Source of the DNA: Bacteroidales bacterium
Lineage (GTDB): Bacteria > Bacteroidota > Bacteroidia > Bacteroidales > UBA932
Reading direction: 5' to 3'
Length of the DNA: 64,000 nucleotides
Assembly (NCBI GenBank): GCA_017429425.1
Contig: JAFROY010000002.1
Span: forward strand, 495,317 to 559,316
The first letter of the stretch is position 1; each line of letters opens with the position of its first letter. A program made the translations under genes and the position numbers. Below, one piece after another: positions 49,953-58,829 of the stretch. The notes below the pieces were generated by a model. It was not told the origin of the DNA, made no database searches, and saw only the letters and a program-made list of their open reading frames with translations.

Positions 49953-51304
49953 ATTCCAACCCGACGCTCTACCATTTTACCTATTCCCAGGACGTCATTC
50001 GCCTTCAAAGCAAATATGCGCTCTTCAAGCGCGTGCTCAATATCCTGTTTTCCGTAACCTGCGACGAGGGTTTCGATGAAGCGCTCATGGAAAAGGCGCT
50101 CAACCTGCTCTACGAACGCAACGACTGCCTCCGCCTCCGCTTTGTCAAGCAGGGCAAGGAGACCATGCAGTACTTCGAACCCGTTCGCACCGTGGGCCGT
50201 ATCCGCCGTGAAAAGTTCACGACCAGCGCACAGATGCAACGATTCTTCCGCTGCTTCCGCCGCAAACCCACCAACCTGGCCAAGGGCGACGCACTGCGCG
50301 TAGTGTTTGCCGTCAATCCGGAAGGAAAACAGATGATTATCTTCAAGATCAGCCACTATGTAGCAGATACTTACGGAATCGGCATTCTCATTAACGACCT
50401 TTTCGGCATCTACAACGCCCTGCGCGACGGCAAGGAACTTCCGGCCGCTCCCGGCAGTTTTGAGGAGATTGTCCGCAAAGACAACGAGTATCGCAACGAC
50501 GAGGCGGCTACGACACGTGACAAGGAGTTCTTCCTTGACTATTATAAGAACCGCCATGCGCAACACCCCGTCTACTGCGGCCCTCACGGCAACGGCAGCG
50601 ACCGCTGGCTCAAGCTCAAACGCAAGGGCAAGTATTCCCTGCCCTACCTGATGGTCCGCTGTGACACAGAGGGTTACCAGTTTGTTATCCCCAGCGCAAT
50701 CACGGAAAAGGTGGTAAAATGGTGCACGGATCACGGTGTCTCCATGAACGCCTTCTTCTTCTTCAACTTCTCGCTGGCCCTCTCGCTGATCAATGACCGC
50801 GAGACCCGCCTGGCCTCCGTCGAAATCCTTAACTGCCGCGGCACGGTCGCCGACCGCAAGGCTGCCGGCACCAAGGCTCAGGGTGTGTGTGTATGCACGG
50901 AGATCGATTACGCCAAATCCTTTGCTGAAAATGTAGCCATACTCGCACAGGAGCAGAACGAACTCTACCGGCATACCCGCCTGACCTATCTGGAAGGCGA
51001 GGCCTATCAGCACGAGACATGGAAACACTCCATGCTGGGAAGCGTGAACTGCGCCGGTTTCTCCTTCATTCCCTTTATGGCTCCCGAAGGCATCAACCTG
51101 CAGATTCACAGCAACGGAAAGGGCGCGCTGGTTACCTACGTCGCCATGATGCACGACCTTCGCCGGAACGAAACCTTCGTCAACTATGACGTTCAGCGCC
51201 TGATGATCACTCCCTGGCAGCTGATCGACTTCCAGAATGTCTACGTACGCACCATCGAGGCGGTACTCGCAGACTCGGAATCCCCCCTTGAAAGGCTCTT
51301 TTAG
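49943..51304 (+). CDS. Free-standing NRPS-type condensation-domain protein
   Basis: 453 aa. The active-site block IFKISHYVADTYGIG is an HHxxxDG variant (SHxxxDT). Length and layout fit a single C domain. The start overlaps the upstream stop (ATGA at 49949-49952 if the second ATG is used). Confidence 0.7.
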   Translation: MEMNSNPTLYHFTYSQDVIRLQSKYALFKRVLNILFSVTCDEGFDEALMEKALNLLYERNDCLRLRFVKQGKETMQYFEPVRTVGRIRREKFTTSAQMQRFFRCFRRKPTNLAKGDALRVVFAVNPEGKQMIIFKISHYVADTYGIGILINDLFGIYNALRDGKELPAAPGSFEEIVRKDNEYRNDEAATTRDKEFFLDYYKNRHAQHPVYCGPHGNGSDRWLKLKRKGKYSLPYLMVRCDTEGYQFVIPSAITEKVVKWCTDHGVSMNAFFFFNFSLALSLINDRETRLASVEILNCRGTVADRKAAGTKAQGVCVCTEIDYAKSFAENVAILAQEQNELYRHTRLTYLEGEAYQHETWKHSMLGSVNCAGFSFIPFMAPEGINLQIHSNGKGALVTYVAMMHDLRRNETFVNYDVQRLMITPWQLIDFQNVYVRTIEAVLADSESPLERLF

Positions 51305-51316
51305 CAGAAACTTACT

Positions 51317-53056
51317 ATGAATAAATACCGTACAGAACGCGAATATCTCGGTTTGACCCTCCTGAAAGACGGTGACTACGGCAGCATCCGCGAGATGCTG
51401 GAGCGCATCAACCGCCTCATCCCCGGCAATCAGGTGTTGGCAGAACTGGACCAGGAAAAGAAAATCAAATACTATACGGCGCACGACGTTTACGAAGAGG
51501 TGATGTGCCTCGGCGACGGCCTGATTGACGCCGGCCTGAAAGGCGGTCATATCGCCATCATTTCCGAAAACTGCTGCCGTTATGTCCTTGCTGACATTAC
51601 CGTTTCCTGCGGCGTGGGCGTAGTCACCCCGATCGACTGCAACGCTCCGCTCCCGCTGATGAGTACGCTGTTGCAGAAATGTGAGGCGACGGCTGTCTTC
51701 TGCGGCGCAGGCTACCTGGATATCGTCCGCGAGGCGCAGAAGAACTGCCCCCTGATCAAAACCGTCATCACGATGGACCGCAAGACCACCGGCGATCTGC
51801 ACTACGACGACCTCGTGGAACGCGGCCGTGCACTGGCTTCCAAGAGCGTTTACCGTACGATTGACCTGGACCTGGACGCTCCGGCCAAGATTCTCTTTAC
51901 CAGCGGCACGACCGGCGCCAACAAGGGCGTGGTCTTGACCAACCGAAACCTTGCTGCGAATATGGTCAACTGCCTGGATGTCATTCAGGTAGAAGAGAAC
52001 GAAGAGAACACTTCGATGAGTGTGCTCCCCATGCACCATGCCACGGAAATCAATACCCACATCATGGCGCGTATCGGCGCAGGCCGTCTGACCTACATCA
52101 ACGACAACATGCGCAACATGATGGCGAACATCAAGATCTTCCAGCCGACGGTCATCACCGTGGTACCGATGATTGCGAACGCATTCTACAAAAACATCTG
52201 GGCGGCAGCCAAGAAAGCCGGCAAGGACGAAAAGCTTCGCAAAGGCATCAAACTCTGCAACCTGCTGCGCAAATTCGGCGTGGACAAAACGCACGATCTC
52301 TTCAAAGACGTCTATGCTCCTTTCGGCGGCAAGCTAAAGCTGATCGTCTGCGGCGGCTCCATGCTGAACCCCGTCGTTATCAAAGGAATGAATGACCTCG
52401 GTATCCGCATCCACAACGGTTACGGAATCACCGAGTGCGGTCCGCTGATCTCCATGAACGCAGATACGCTGGACGAACACTTGAGCGTCGGCCGCGCCTG
52501 CCCGCAACTGGAAGTCCGTCTCGAAGGCGTGAACGAAGAAGGCGTAGGCGAACTCTGCGTCAAGGGCGCCAGCGTGGCAAAGGGTTACTACAATGACCCG
52601 GAAGCGACCGCAGCCGTATTCGGCGCCGACGGCTTCTTCAACACGGGCGACAGCGCCCGCATCGACGCCAAGGGCCGCATTTTCCTGGTAGGCCGCAAGA
52701 AGAACACCATCGTGCTTCAGAACGGCAAGAACATCTGCCCGGAAGAGGTAGAAAACGTGCTGGAAACCGTGCTGGACTACGCCAAAGACATCGTAGTCTA
52801 CCAGGCTGAACTCCGCACCGGCAATGCCGTCCGCGAGACGCTCTGCGCCGGTATCTTCATTGAAGATGAGGCACAGCGGAAGGACCGTGAAAAGATTGCC
52901 GCCGACATCCGTCGCGCCAACATGCAGTTGCCCGACTACAAACGTATTGAGTACGTCGAGCTCCCTGCTCAGGAATACGAAAAGACATCTACCCGCAAGA
53001 TCCGCCGCACGCAGCTTCCCGCCGCTTGCTCCGGTGAGGGCATTTCACTGATATAA
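51317..53056 (+). CDS. Adenylate-forming enzyme, long-chain fatty-acid ligase type (acyl-AMP/acyl-carrier ligase candidate)
   Basis: LFTSGTTGANKGV, NGYGITECG, GELCVKGASVAKGYYNDPEAT and GDSARIDAKGRIFLVGRKKN. It looks FadD-like rather than like an amino-acid A domain. Confidence 0.85.
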   Translation: MNKYRTEREYLGLTLLKDGDYGSIREMLERINRLIPGNQVLAELDQEKKIKYYTAHDVYEEVMCLGDGLIDAGLKGGHIAIISENCCRYVLADITVSCGVGVVTPIDCNAPLPLMSTLLQKCEATAVFCGAGYLDIVREAQKNCPLIKTVITMDRKTTGDLHYDDLVERGRALASKSVYRTIDLDLDAPAKILFTSGTTGANKGVVLTNRNLAANMVNCLDVIQVEENEENTSMSVLPMHHATEINTHIMARIGAGRLTYINDNMRNMMANIKIFQPTVITVVPMIANAFYKNIWAAAKKAGKDEKLRKGIKLCNLLRKFGVDKTHDLFKDVYAPFGGKLKLIVCGGSMLNPVVIKGMNDLGIRIHNGYGITECGPLISMNADTLDEHLSVGRACPQLEVRLEGVNEEGVGELCVKGASVAKGYYNDPEATAAVFGADGFFNTGDSARIDAKGRIFLVGRKKNTIVLQNGKNICPEEVENVLETVLDYAKDIVVYQAELRTGNAVRETLCAGIFIEDEAQRKDREKIAADIRRANMQLPDYKRIEYVELPAQEYEKTSTRKIRRTQLPAACSGEGISLI

Positions 53057-53068
53057 AACAGATTGACA

Positions 53069-53314
53069 ATGGATATTAAAAAAGAACTGCTGGATATCAT
53101 CCAGGACTACGTAGACTTTCCGGTAGCCGAAATCAACACCGCGGCATCCTTCGCGGAATCTGCCGGACTCGACTCGTTCGTCTTTATTGAAATGGTGAGC
53201 GCGATTGAAGAGCACTTCGGGATTTCCATCCCCAACGGTGATCTGATCGGCTTCCGTTCCATCGACGATATCGTCACCTACCTGAGCGGCCGGCTCTCCC
53301 TCGCGAGCGCATAG
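53069..53314 (+). CDS. Acyl/peptidyl carrier protein
   Basis: 81 aa. AGLDSFVFIEMV carries the phosphopantetheine serine motif. The gap to the ligase is 12 nt. The track start 53063 is TTG. Confidence 0.8.
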   Translation: MDIKKELLDIIQDYVDFPVAEINTAASFAESAGLDSFVFIEMVSAIEEHFGISIPNGDLIGFRSIDDIVTYLSGRLSLASA

Positions 53315-53350
53315 CGGGATAAGCATTTTTTCACTATCTTTGGGGTTCGT

Positions 53351-55624
53351 ATGACGGAAGAACTCCATTTGGTACGTGATCTGGCAATTATCCTGGTTTC
53401 CGCCGGGGTATTCACCATTATCTCGAAGGCGCTCAAGCAGCCCCTGATTCTGGGCTATATAATCGCCGGTTTCCTGATCGGACCGCACGTTACCTTCTTC
53501 CCGGGCATCACCAGCGAAGAGACCGTGCACCAATGGTCGGAAATCGGCATTATCTTTCTGATGTTCGGTCTGGGCCTGGAGTTCAGTTTCAAGAAACTGC
53601 TCAAAGTGGGCAGCAGCGCCCTCCTGGCCGCGGGGACCAAGTTCCTCGGGGTCTTCGTGCTGGGCTATCTCACGGGACAGGCCATGAACTGGAGCGCCAT
53701 GGAGAGTATTTTCCTGGGCGGACTGCTCTCGATGTCCTCCACGATGGTCGTGCTCAAGTCTTACGACGACATGGGCCTCAAAAAGAAGCCCTACGCCGGA
53801 ATGGTATTCGGTACGCTGGTCGTAGAAGACCTGATTGCCATCCTGCTGATGGTGCTGCTCTCCACGATGGCCGTTTCCAACCAGTTCGCCGGCAAGGAGA
53901 TGCTCTTCAACCTGGCCAAGCTGGCCTTTTTCCTGGTTCTGTGGTTCCTGGTGGGCATCTATGTCATCCCTACCCTGCTGAAAAAGGCACGCAAGTATCT
54001 CAACAGCGAAATCCTGCTGATTGTCAGCATCGGGCTCTGTTTCGGGATGGTGGCGCTGGCTGAGACGGTCGGTTTCTCCGCCGCGCTTGGCGCCTTCGTG
54101 ATGGGTTCCATCCTCTCCGAAACCGTCGAGAGCGAACATATCGAACACCTAGTCAGCCCGATCCGCGACCTGTTCGGTGCCATCTTCTTTGTATCCGTCG
54201 GTATGATGGTGGCTCCTTCCGTGATTGCGGAGAATTGGCTCGTTATCCTGATTATCACGCTGATCGTCATGATCAGCCACATCCTGTTCGCCGGAGCGGG
54301 CATCCTGATGGCCGGCAAAGGACTTGAAAATGCCGTCCATACCGGATTCAGCCTGGCTCAGCTCGGCGAATTCGGTTTCATCATTGCAGGCGTGGGCGTG
54401 AGCATGGGCGTCATGCGCGGGTTCATTTACCCGGTCATTATCGCGGTATCGGTCATCACGACCTTCACCACACCCTATATGATCAAGCTGGCCGGTCCGG
54501 CCTACCGCGGACTCGTCCGCATCCTCCCTGCCGGAGCCGTGGCGCGCCTGCAGCCGCAAAGCATCGCCTTCGTATCTGCGGCGGAAGAGAGCGAATGGAA
54601 GAAACTTCTGCGGGCCTACGCGATTCGCATCACCTTGTACGGGGTGGTTCTCGTGGCCATCATGATCGGTTCCAATCTCTACCTTTCACCGCTGGTTCAG
54701 CGGATCTTCCCCGACTGGAGCCCTTTCCTGCACAACCTGATCGATGTGGTCGTGACACTGGCCGCGATGTCGCCTTTCCTGTTCGGACTGGCCGTCAACT
54801 CCGGTTCCATCAAGACCTCCGCCGCCAAACTGCTGAAGACCAAGGGCAGCAACGCCTGGCCGATCGCCGGACTGCTGATTATCCGCTCGTTTATCGCCAT
54901 CTCTTTTGTCATTGGTGTGATTGCCAGCCATTTCCAGCTGGCGGGATGGACCCTGGTCCTGATTGCCGTAGCCGGCTTTGTCCTGATCATTTCCGCACGT
55001 CGTACCGTGCACCGCAACTCCGCACTGGAGGAGCGCTTCCTTTCCAATCTCAACGAGAAGGAAGAGCGGGAACGGCAACGGACGCCGGTTACTTCGTCGG
55101 TGCGGCAGAAAATGGCCAAATACGACGTACACATCGAATCGCTGGAGCTCTCCCCCGACTCCGAGTTCGTGGGCCAGATGCTCAAGGAAGTGCCTATCCG
55201 GGCCGCCTCCGGCGCCAATATCATCAAGGTGCAGCGCGGATCGCACAGCATCACCATTCCTACAGGCAGTTTCCGGCTCTTCCCGAACGACCGGCTGCTC
55301 GCCGTGGGTACGACCCGGCAGCTGGAAAAACTGCGCGAGCTGCTTGCGGATTCGAACCTCCAGCCGATTCCCGAACCCCGGCAGAACTTCGATGTAGTTC
55401 CCGTTACATTAACTACAACCCACTGGCTTACAGGCCGTAAACTTGACGAAACCGCCCTTCGCGAGCGACGCTGCATGATTATCAGCGTGCTTCACGAGGG
55501 AGACTTCATCACCAATCCCGCTCCGGCATACCGGTTTGCCGAGGGGGATGTCGTTTGGATCGCCGGCGAGGAGAAATCCTGCCGCGCGCTGGAAAAACCG
55601 GAAAGCGTCTTCCACAATGCCTGA
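53351..55624 (+). CDS. CPA2-family cation:proton antiporter (Kef-type) with two C-terminal RCK_C/TrkA-C domains
   Basis: LAIILVSAGVFTIISKALKQPLILGYIIAGFLIGPH start, about 12 TM segments, and two C-terminal repeats of about 80 aa (..VHIESLELSPDSEFVGQML.. and ..VPVTLTTTHWLTGRKL..). Confidence 0.85.
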   Translation: MTEELHLVRDLAIILVSAGVFTIISKALKQPLILGYIIAGFLIGPHVTFFPGITSEETVHQWSEIGIIFLMFGLGLEFSFKKLLKVGSSALLAAGTKFLGVFVLGYLTGQAMNWSAMESIFLGGLLSMSSTMVVLKSYDDMGLKKKPYAGMVFGTLVVEDLIAILLMVLLSTMAVSNQFAGKEMLFNLAKLAFFLVLWFLVGIYVIPTLLKKARKYLNSEILLIVSIGLCFGMVALAETVGFSAALGAFVMGSILSETVESEHIEHLVSPIRDLFGAIFFVSVGMMVAPSVIAENWLVILIITLIVMISHILFAGAGILMAGKGLENAVHTGFSLAQLGEFGFIIAGVGVSMGVMRGFIYPVIIAVSVITTFTTPYMIKLAGPAYRGLVRILPAGAVARLQPQSIAFVSAAEESEWKKLLRAYAIRITLYGVVLVAIMIGSNLYLSPLVQRIFPDWSPFLHNLIDVVVTLAAMSPFLFGLAVNSGSIKTSAAKLLKTKGSNAWPIAGLLIIRSFIAISFVIGVIASHFQLAGWTLVLIAVAGFVLIISARRTVHRNSALEERFLSNLNEKEERERQRTPVTSSVRQKMAKYDVHIESLELSPDSEFVGQMLKEVPIRAASGANIIKVQRGSHSITIPTGSFRLFPNDRLLAVGTTRQLEKLRELLADSNLQPIPEPRQNFDVVPVTLTTTHWLTGRKLDETALRERRCMIISVLHEGDFITNPAPAYRFAEGDVVWIAGEEKSCRALEKPESVFHNA

Positions 55625-55653
55625 TTGTCCCGATATTTCAATACGCAACCGAT

Positions 55654-56844
55654 ATGTCGCTTTTTCATAAAACAAACTGGTCCCGTCCGCAGGCCGAATG
55701 GCACAAGGCCGGAGAGATTTTGATGCATACCCCGGGCCTCGAGGCCTTTGATGCCGTCATCCACCCCGCCGCCGGCCTCTACGAAGACTATTTCGACGCC
55801 GACAAGGTATCGGCCGAGCACCGCGAATACATCCGCCGCCTGCGTGCACAGGGCATCACCGTCCACACGGTCAAAGAGATTCTGGACCGCACCGACACCG
55901 AGAGGCTGCGTGCGCTTGCTTCGCGCGTGCTCACGTACGACAGCTCGCACCTTACGGCCGCGAACGGTGCGGACATGGAGGCCTACCGCGAAGAGGTGCT
56001 CTCCAAGATGTCCCGCGCCGACCTGATCCGCTGTATCCTGCTGCGGCCCACCGTCACCCTCTTTGACAGCGACCAGAACACCGGTTACCAGGCCGAGTAC
56101 AGCTACCGCCCGCTGATGAACCTCTACTTCACGCGCGACCAGAGCGTGAATACGCCGCGCGGACTGCTGATCTGCCGCATGAATTCCGACCAGAGGGCGC
56201 CGGAAATCGACATTATTCTGCTCTGCTACGAACAGCTGGGCATCAAACCCATCCTGCAGATTACGGGAGAGGGCCGGCTCGAAGGCGGCGACTACTTCCC
56301 GGCCGGCGAAGTTTCGTTCATCGGCTGCGGCATGCGCACCAACGACGAAGGCATCCGCCAGATCATGGAAGCAGACGCTTTCGGACACGACACGGTAATC
56401 GTGGTCCGCGACCACAAGTTCTGGCAGAAACAGATGCACCTTGACACCTGGTTCAATATCATAGACAAGGATCTCTGCACGATGGTTTCCAGCCGTCTGA
56501 ACGCCCGTCCCGGAGAACCGGAATACGGCACCTGCGACATCTGGCGCCGCGCTTCCGCCGCCGAACCTTACAAGCTGATCGAGAAGGACAAACCTTTCGT
56601 GGACTATCTCCGTGAAGCCGGCTACCAGATCATCCCCATCAACCACGCCGACGAAGAGCACTACGCCAACAACTTCCTGACCGTAGGCCCGCGCCGCATC
56701 ATGGCGGTCGGCGGCCAGTCCGTGGAGCTGCAGAAAGCATTTCGCGAGGCCGGCGTCAAGGTGAACTGGGTTCCCCTGGAAAACAGCATCAAAGGCTACG
56801 GCGCCGCACACTGCATGACCCAGGTGCTCAAGCGCCGGGTCTAA
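55654..56844 (+). CDS. Arginine deiminase-family (amidinotransferase fold) protein
   Basis: 396 aa from ATG 55654. The C-terminal GYGAAHCMTQVL has the catalytic Cys position of the guanidino-modifying fold. MHLDTWFN is a His block. Confidence 0.6.
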   Translation: MSLFHKTNWSRPQAEWHKAGEILMHTPGLEAFDAVIHPAAGLYEDYFDADKVSAEHREYIRRLRAQGITVHTVKEILDRTDTERLRALASRVLTYDSSHLTAANGADMEAYREEVLSKMSRADLIRCILLRPTVTLFDSDQNTGYQAEYSYRPLMNLYFTRDQSVNTPRGLLICRMNSDQRAPEIDIILLCYEQLGIKPILQITGEGRLEGGDYFPAGEVSFIGCGMRTNDEGIRQIMEADAFGHDTVIVVRDHKFWQKQMHLDTWFNIIDKDLCTMVSSRLNARPGEPEYGTCDIWRRASAAEPYKLIEKDKPFVDYLREAGYQIIPINHADEEHYANNFLTVGPRRIMAVGGQSVELQKAFREAGVKVNWVPLENSIKGYGAAHCMTQVLKRRV

Positions 56845-56849
56845 GCCAC

Positions 56850-57875
56850 ATGTCCGAACTTTCCTTTACAGAGACACTCCTGCAATGGTACGGACGCTAC
56901 GGCCGGGATCTTCCCTGGCGCCGCGGCCGGGATCCGTATGCCATCTGGCTGAGCGAGATTATCCTTCAGCAGACCCGGATTGCGCAGGGAACCGCGTATT
57001 GGGAACGCTTCATGAAACGGTTTCCGACCGTTGATTTGCTCGCAGCGGCCTCGGAGGATGAGGTTATGCGGCTCTGGGAAGGACTGGGATACTACAGCCG
57101 TGCCCGCAACCTGCATGCCGCAGCGCAACAGATCGTGGCGGCCGGCGGCTTTCCGGAAACGCTGGAGGGCATCCGCGCGCTGAAAGGCGTCGGCGACTAT
57201 ACGGCCGCCGCAATCGGCTCCATTGCATTCGGAATTCCAGCCGCCGTGGTGGACGGCAACGTGTACCGCGTATTGGCGCGCTACTTTGGAATCGAGACGG
57301 CAGTCGGCAGTACGGCCGCCAAAAAGGAATTCACCGCACTGGCCCGGTCGCTGCTGCCTGAATCGGCGCCGGGCGACTTCAACCAGGCCCTGATGGACTT
57401 CGGCGCCATACAGTGCACGCCTCAGAATCCGGATTGCCTGACCTGTCCCCTCGCCTCCACCTGCCGTTCGCTGGCCGCCGGACGCGTGGCACAACTGCCC
57501 GTAAAGGCCCCGAAAACGGCCGTTAAAGAACGATACCTGAGCTACATCTATCTGCGCTGCGACGGAATGACCGCCATCCGCCGGCGCGGGGCCGGAGATA
57601 TCTGGCAAGGGCTTTGGGAACCTTTCGTTATTGAGCATGCCGACGCTGCGCGCTGCGACGGCTGGCCGCAGTGGCTTGACTCGCAGCGTCTGAAATCCCT
57701 GCGCAGGGGTTTCCGCCACCAGCTCACCCACCGCACGCTCCTCACCGATTTCTATGTGTACGAGGCTCCGGAGCGACCTTCCCTGAGCGACGGATACCGT
57801 TGGATAAAAGAACGCGACCTGGCAGAATATGCCAAGCCGCGTCTTTTCGAGCTCCTTCTGGAGCACCTTTCGTAA
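56850..57875 (+). CDS. mutY: A/G-specific adenine DNA glycosylase MutY
   Basis: LPWRRGRDPYAIWLSEIILQQTR, the HhH segment LKGVGDYTAAAI, the Fe-S cluster CTPQNPDCLTCPLASTC, and a C-terminal NUDIX-like domain. Confidence 0.9.
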   Translation: MSELSFTETLLQWYGRYGRDLPWRRGRDPYAIWLSEIILQQTRIAQGTAYWERFMKRFPTVDLLAAASEDEVMRLWEGLGYYSRARNLHAAAQQIVAAGGFPETLEGIRALKGVGDYTAAAIGSIAFGIPAAVVDGNVYRVLARYFGIETAVGSTAAKKEFTALARSLLPESAPGDFNQALMDFGAIQCTPQNPDCLTCPLASTCRSLAAGRVAQLPVKAPKTAVKERYLSYIYLRCDGMTAIRRRGAGDIWQGLWEPFVIEHADAARCDGWPQWLDSQRLKSLRRGFRHQLTHRTLLTDFYVYEAPERPSLSDGYRWIKERDLAEYAKPRLFELLLEHLS

Positions 57876-58799
57876 TTATTGACGGATTCTCACGTCCATC
57901 TGCGGGAATGCAAACCCGAATCCGGCCTTAGGCAGTTCTGCGTAGAAGCGGTCGTTCATGTCGAAGAAAACGCCCCAGTAATCCGCAGCATTCACCCAGC
58001 CGCGAACCGTCAGGACCACTTTGCTCTCCGAAAACTCAAGCACAGCTGCGAAAGGATCGCCGGCGCCTTCCGTCTTGGCGTCGAGTATGCGTGCGTCCGA
58101 GCGGATTATCTCGACCAGCTTCGCACGGCAGGCATCAAGATCCGTTCCTGGAGCGATAGCCACGTTCCAGTCCACGCGGCGGATGGGGTGCTTCGAGAAG
58201 TTGTTGATATTGCCGCTGGAGAGCGGGCCGTTGGGGATGATGATGGCACGGTTGTCGGGCGTAGTGAGGTGCGTATTGACGATGGTCAGGTCGGTCACCG
58301 TACCCATATAGCCCTGTGCTTCAATAAAATCGCCAACCCTGAAGGGCTTGAAGGCAAGCAGCATGATACCTCCGGCAAAATTTTGCAGTGCACCGCTCAT
58401 GGCCATGCCGATCGCCACACCGCCGGCCGCCAGTACGGCTGCCAGCGAACTGGTGTTGACGCCGAGCGTACCGACCGTGATCACGATCAGCAGGATGGTC
58501 AGCACCACGGTGGTGAGGCTCTGTACGAAGCCTGCCAGCGCCTTGTCGGTTTTTCTCTTTTCAAAAATCTTCTTGAGGAGTTTCTTTACGCGACGGATGA
58601 GCCAGGAGCCGACGATATAAATGGCCAATGCTGCCAGGACCTTGAGGCCGAAGCTAATGGCACTCTGACCGAGTTGATGAAGCATTCCGCCGGGATCCTG
58701 CACTGCCTCCTGGGCCAGTTCCACGACCGCTGTTTTAATGGAATCCGGATTGACCACCGCTTCGGCGCCTTCCGGAAGAGCTTGTAAGAATGATAACAT
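57876..58799 (-). CDS. MscS-family mechanosensitive channel
   Basis: 307 aa. The pore-helix region AGGVAIGMAMSGALQNFAGGIMLLAFKPFRVGDFIE is typical of MscS. Confidence 0.85.
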   Translation of the reverse strand: MLSFLQALPEGAEAVVNPDSIKTAVVELAQEAVQDPGGMLHQLGQSAISFGLKVLAALAIYIVGSWLIRRVKKLLKKIFEKRKTDKALAGFVQSLTTVVLTILLIVITVGTLGVNTSSLAAVLAAGGVAIGMAMSGALQNFAGGIMLLAFKPFRVGDFIEAQGYMGTVTDLTIVNTHLTTPDNRAIIIPNGPLSSGNINNFSKHPIRRVDWNVAIAPGTDLDACRAKLVEIIRSDARILDAKTEGAGDPFAAVLEFSESKVVLTVRGWVNAADYWGVFFDMNDRFYAELPKAGFGFAFPQMDVRIRQ

Positions 58800-58829
58800 A
58801 CGTATGGGGTTTGGATTTGTACCGTTACT

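Noticed and set aside
49940-52294. 784-aa minus-strand ORF opposite the condensation-domain and ligase genes
   Set aside because: It is antisense to genes with clear C-domain and AMP-binding motifs. Its composition is typical of a mirror frame.
53335-53342. TATCTTTG -7 box in front of the Kef-type antiporter
   Set aside because: It ends only 8 nt before the ATG, which would imply an essentially leaderless mRNA. The gene may simply be co-transcribed with the carrier-protein operon 36 nt upstream. It is left uncalled.
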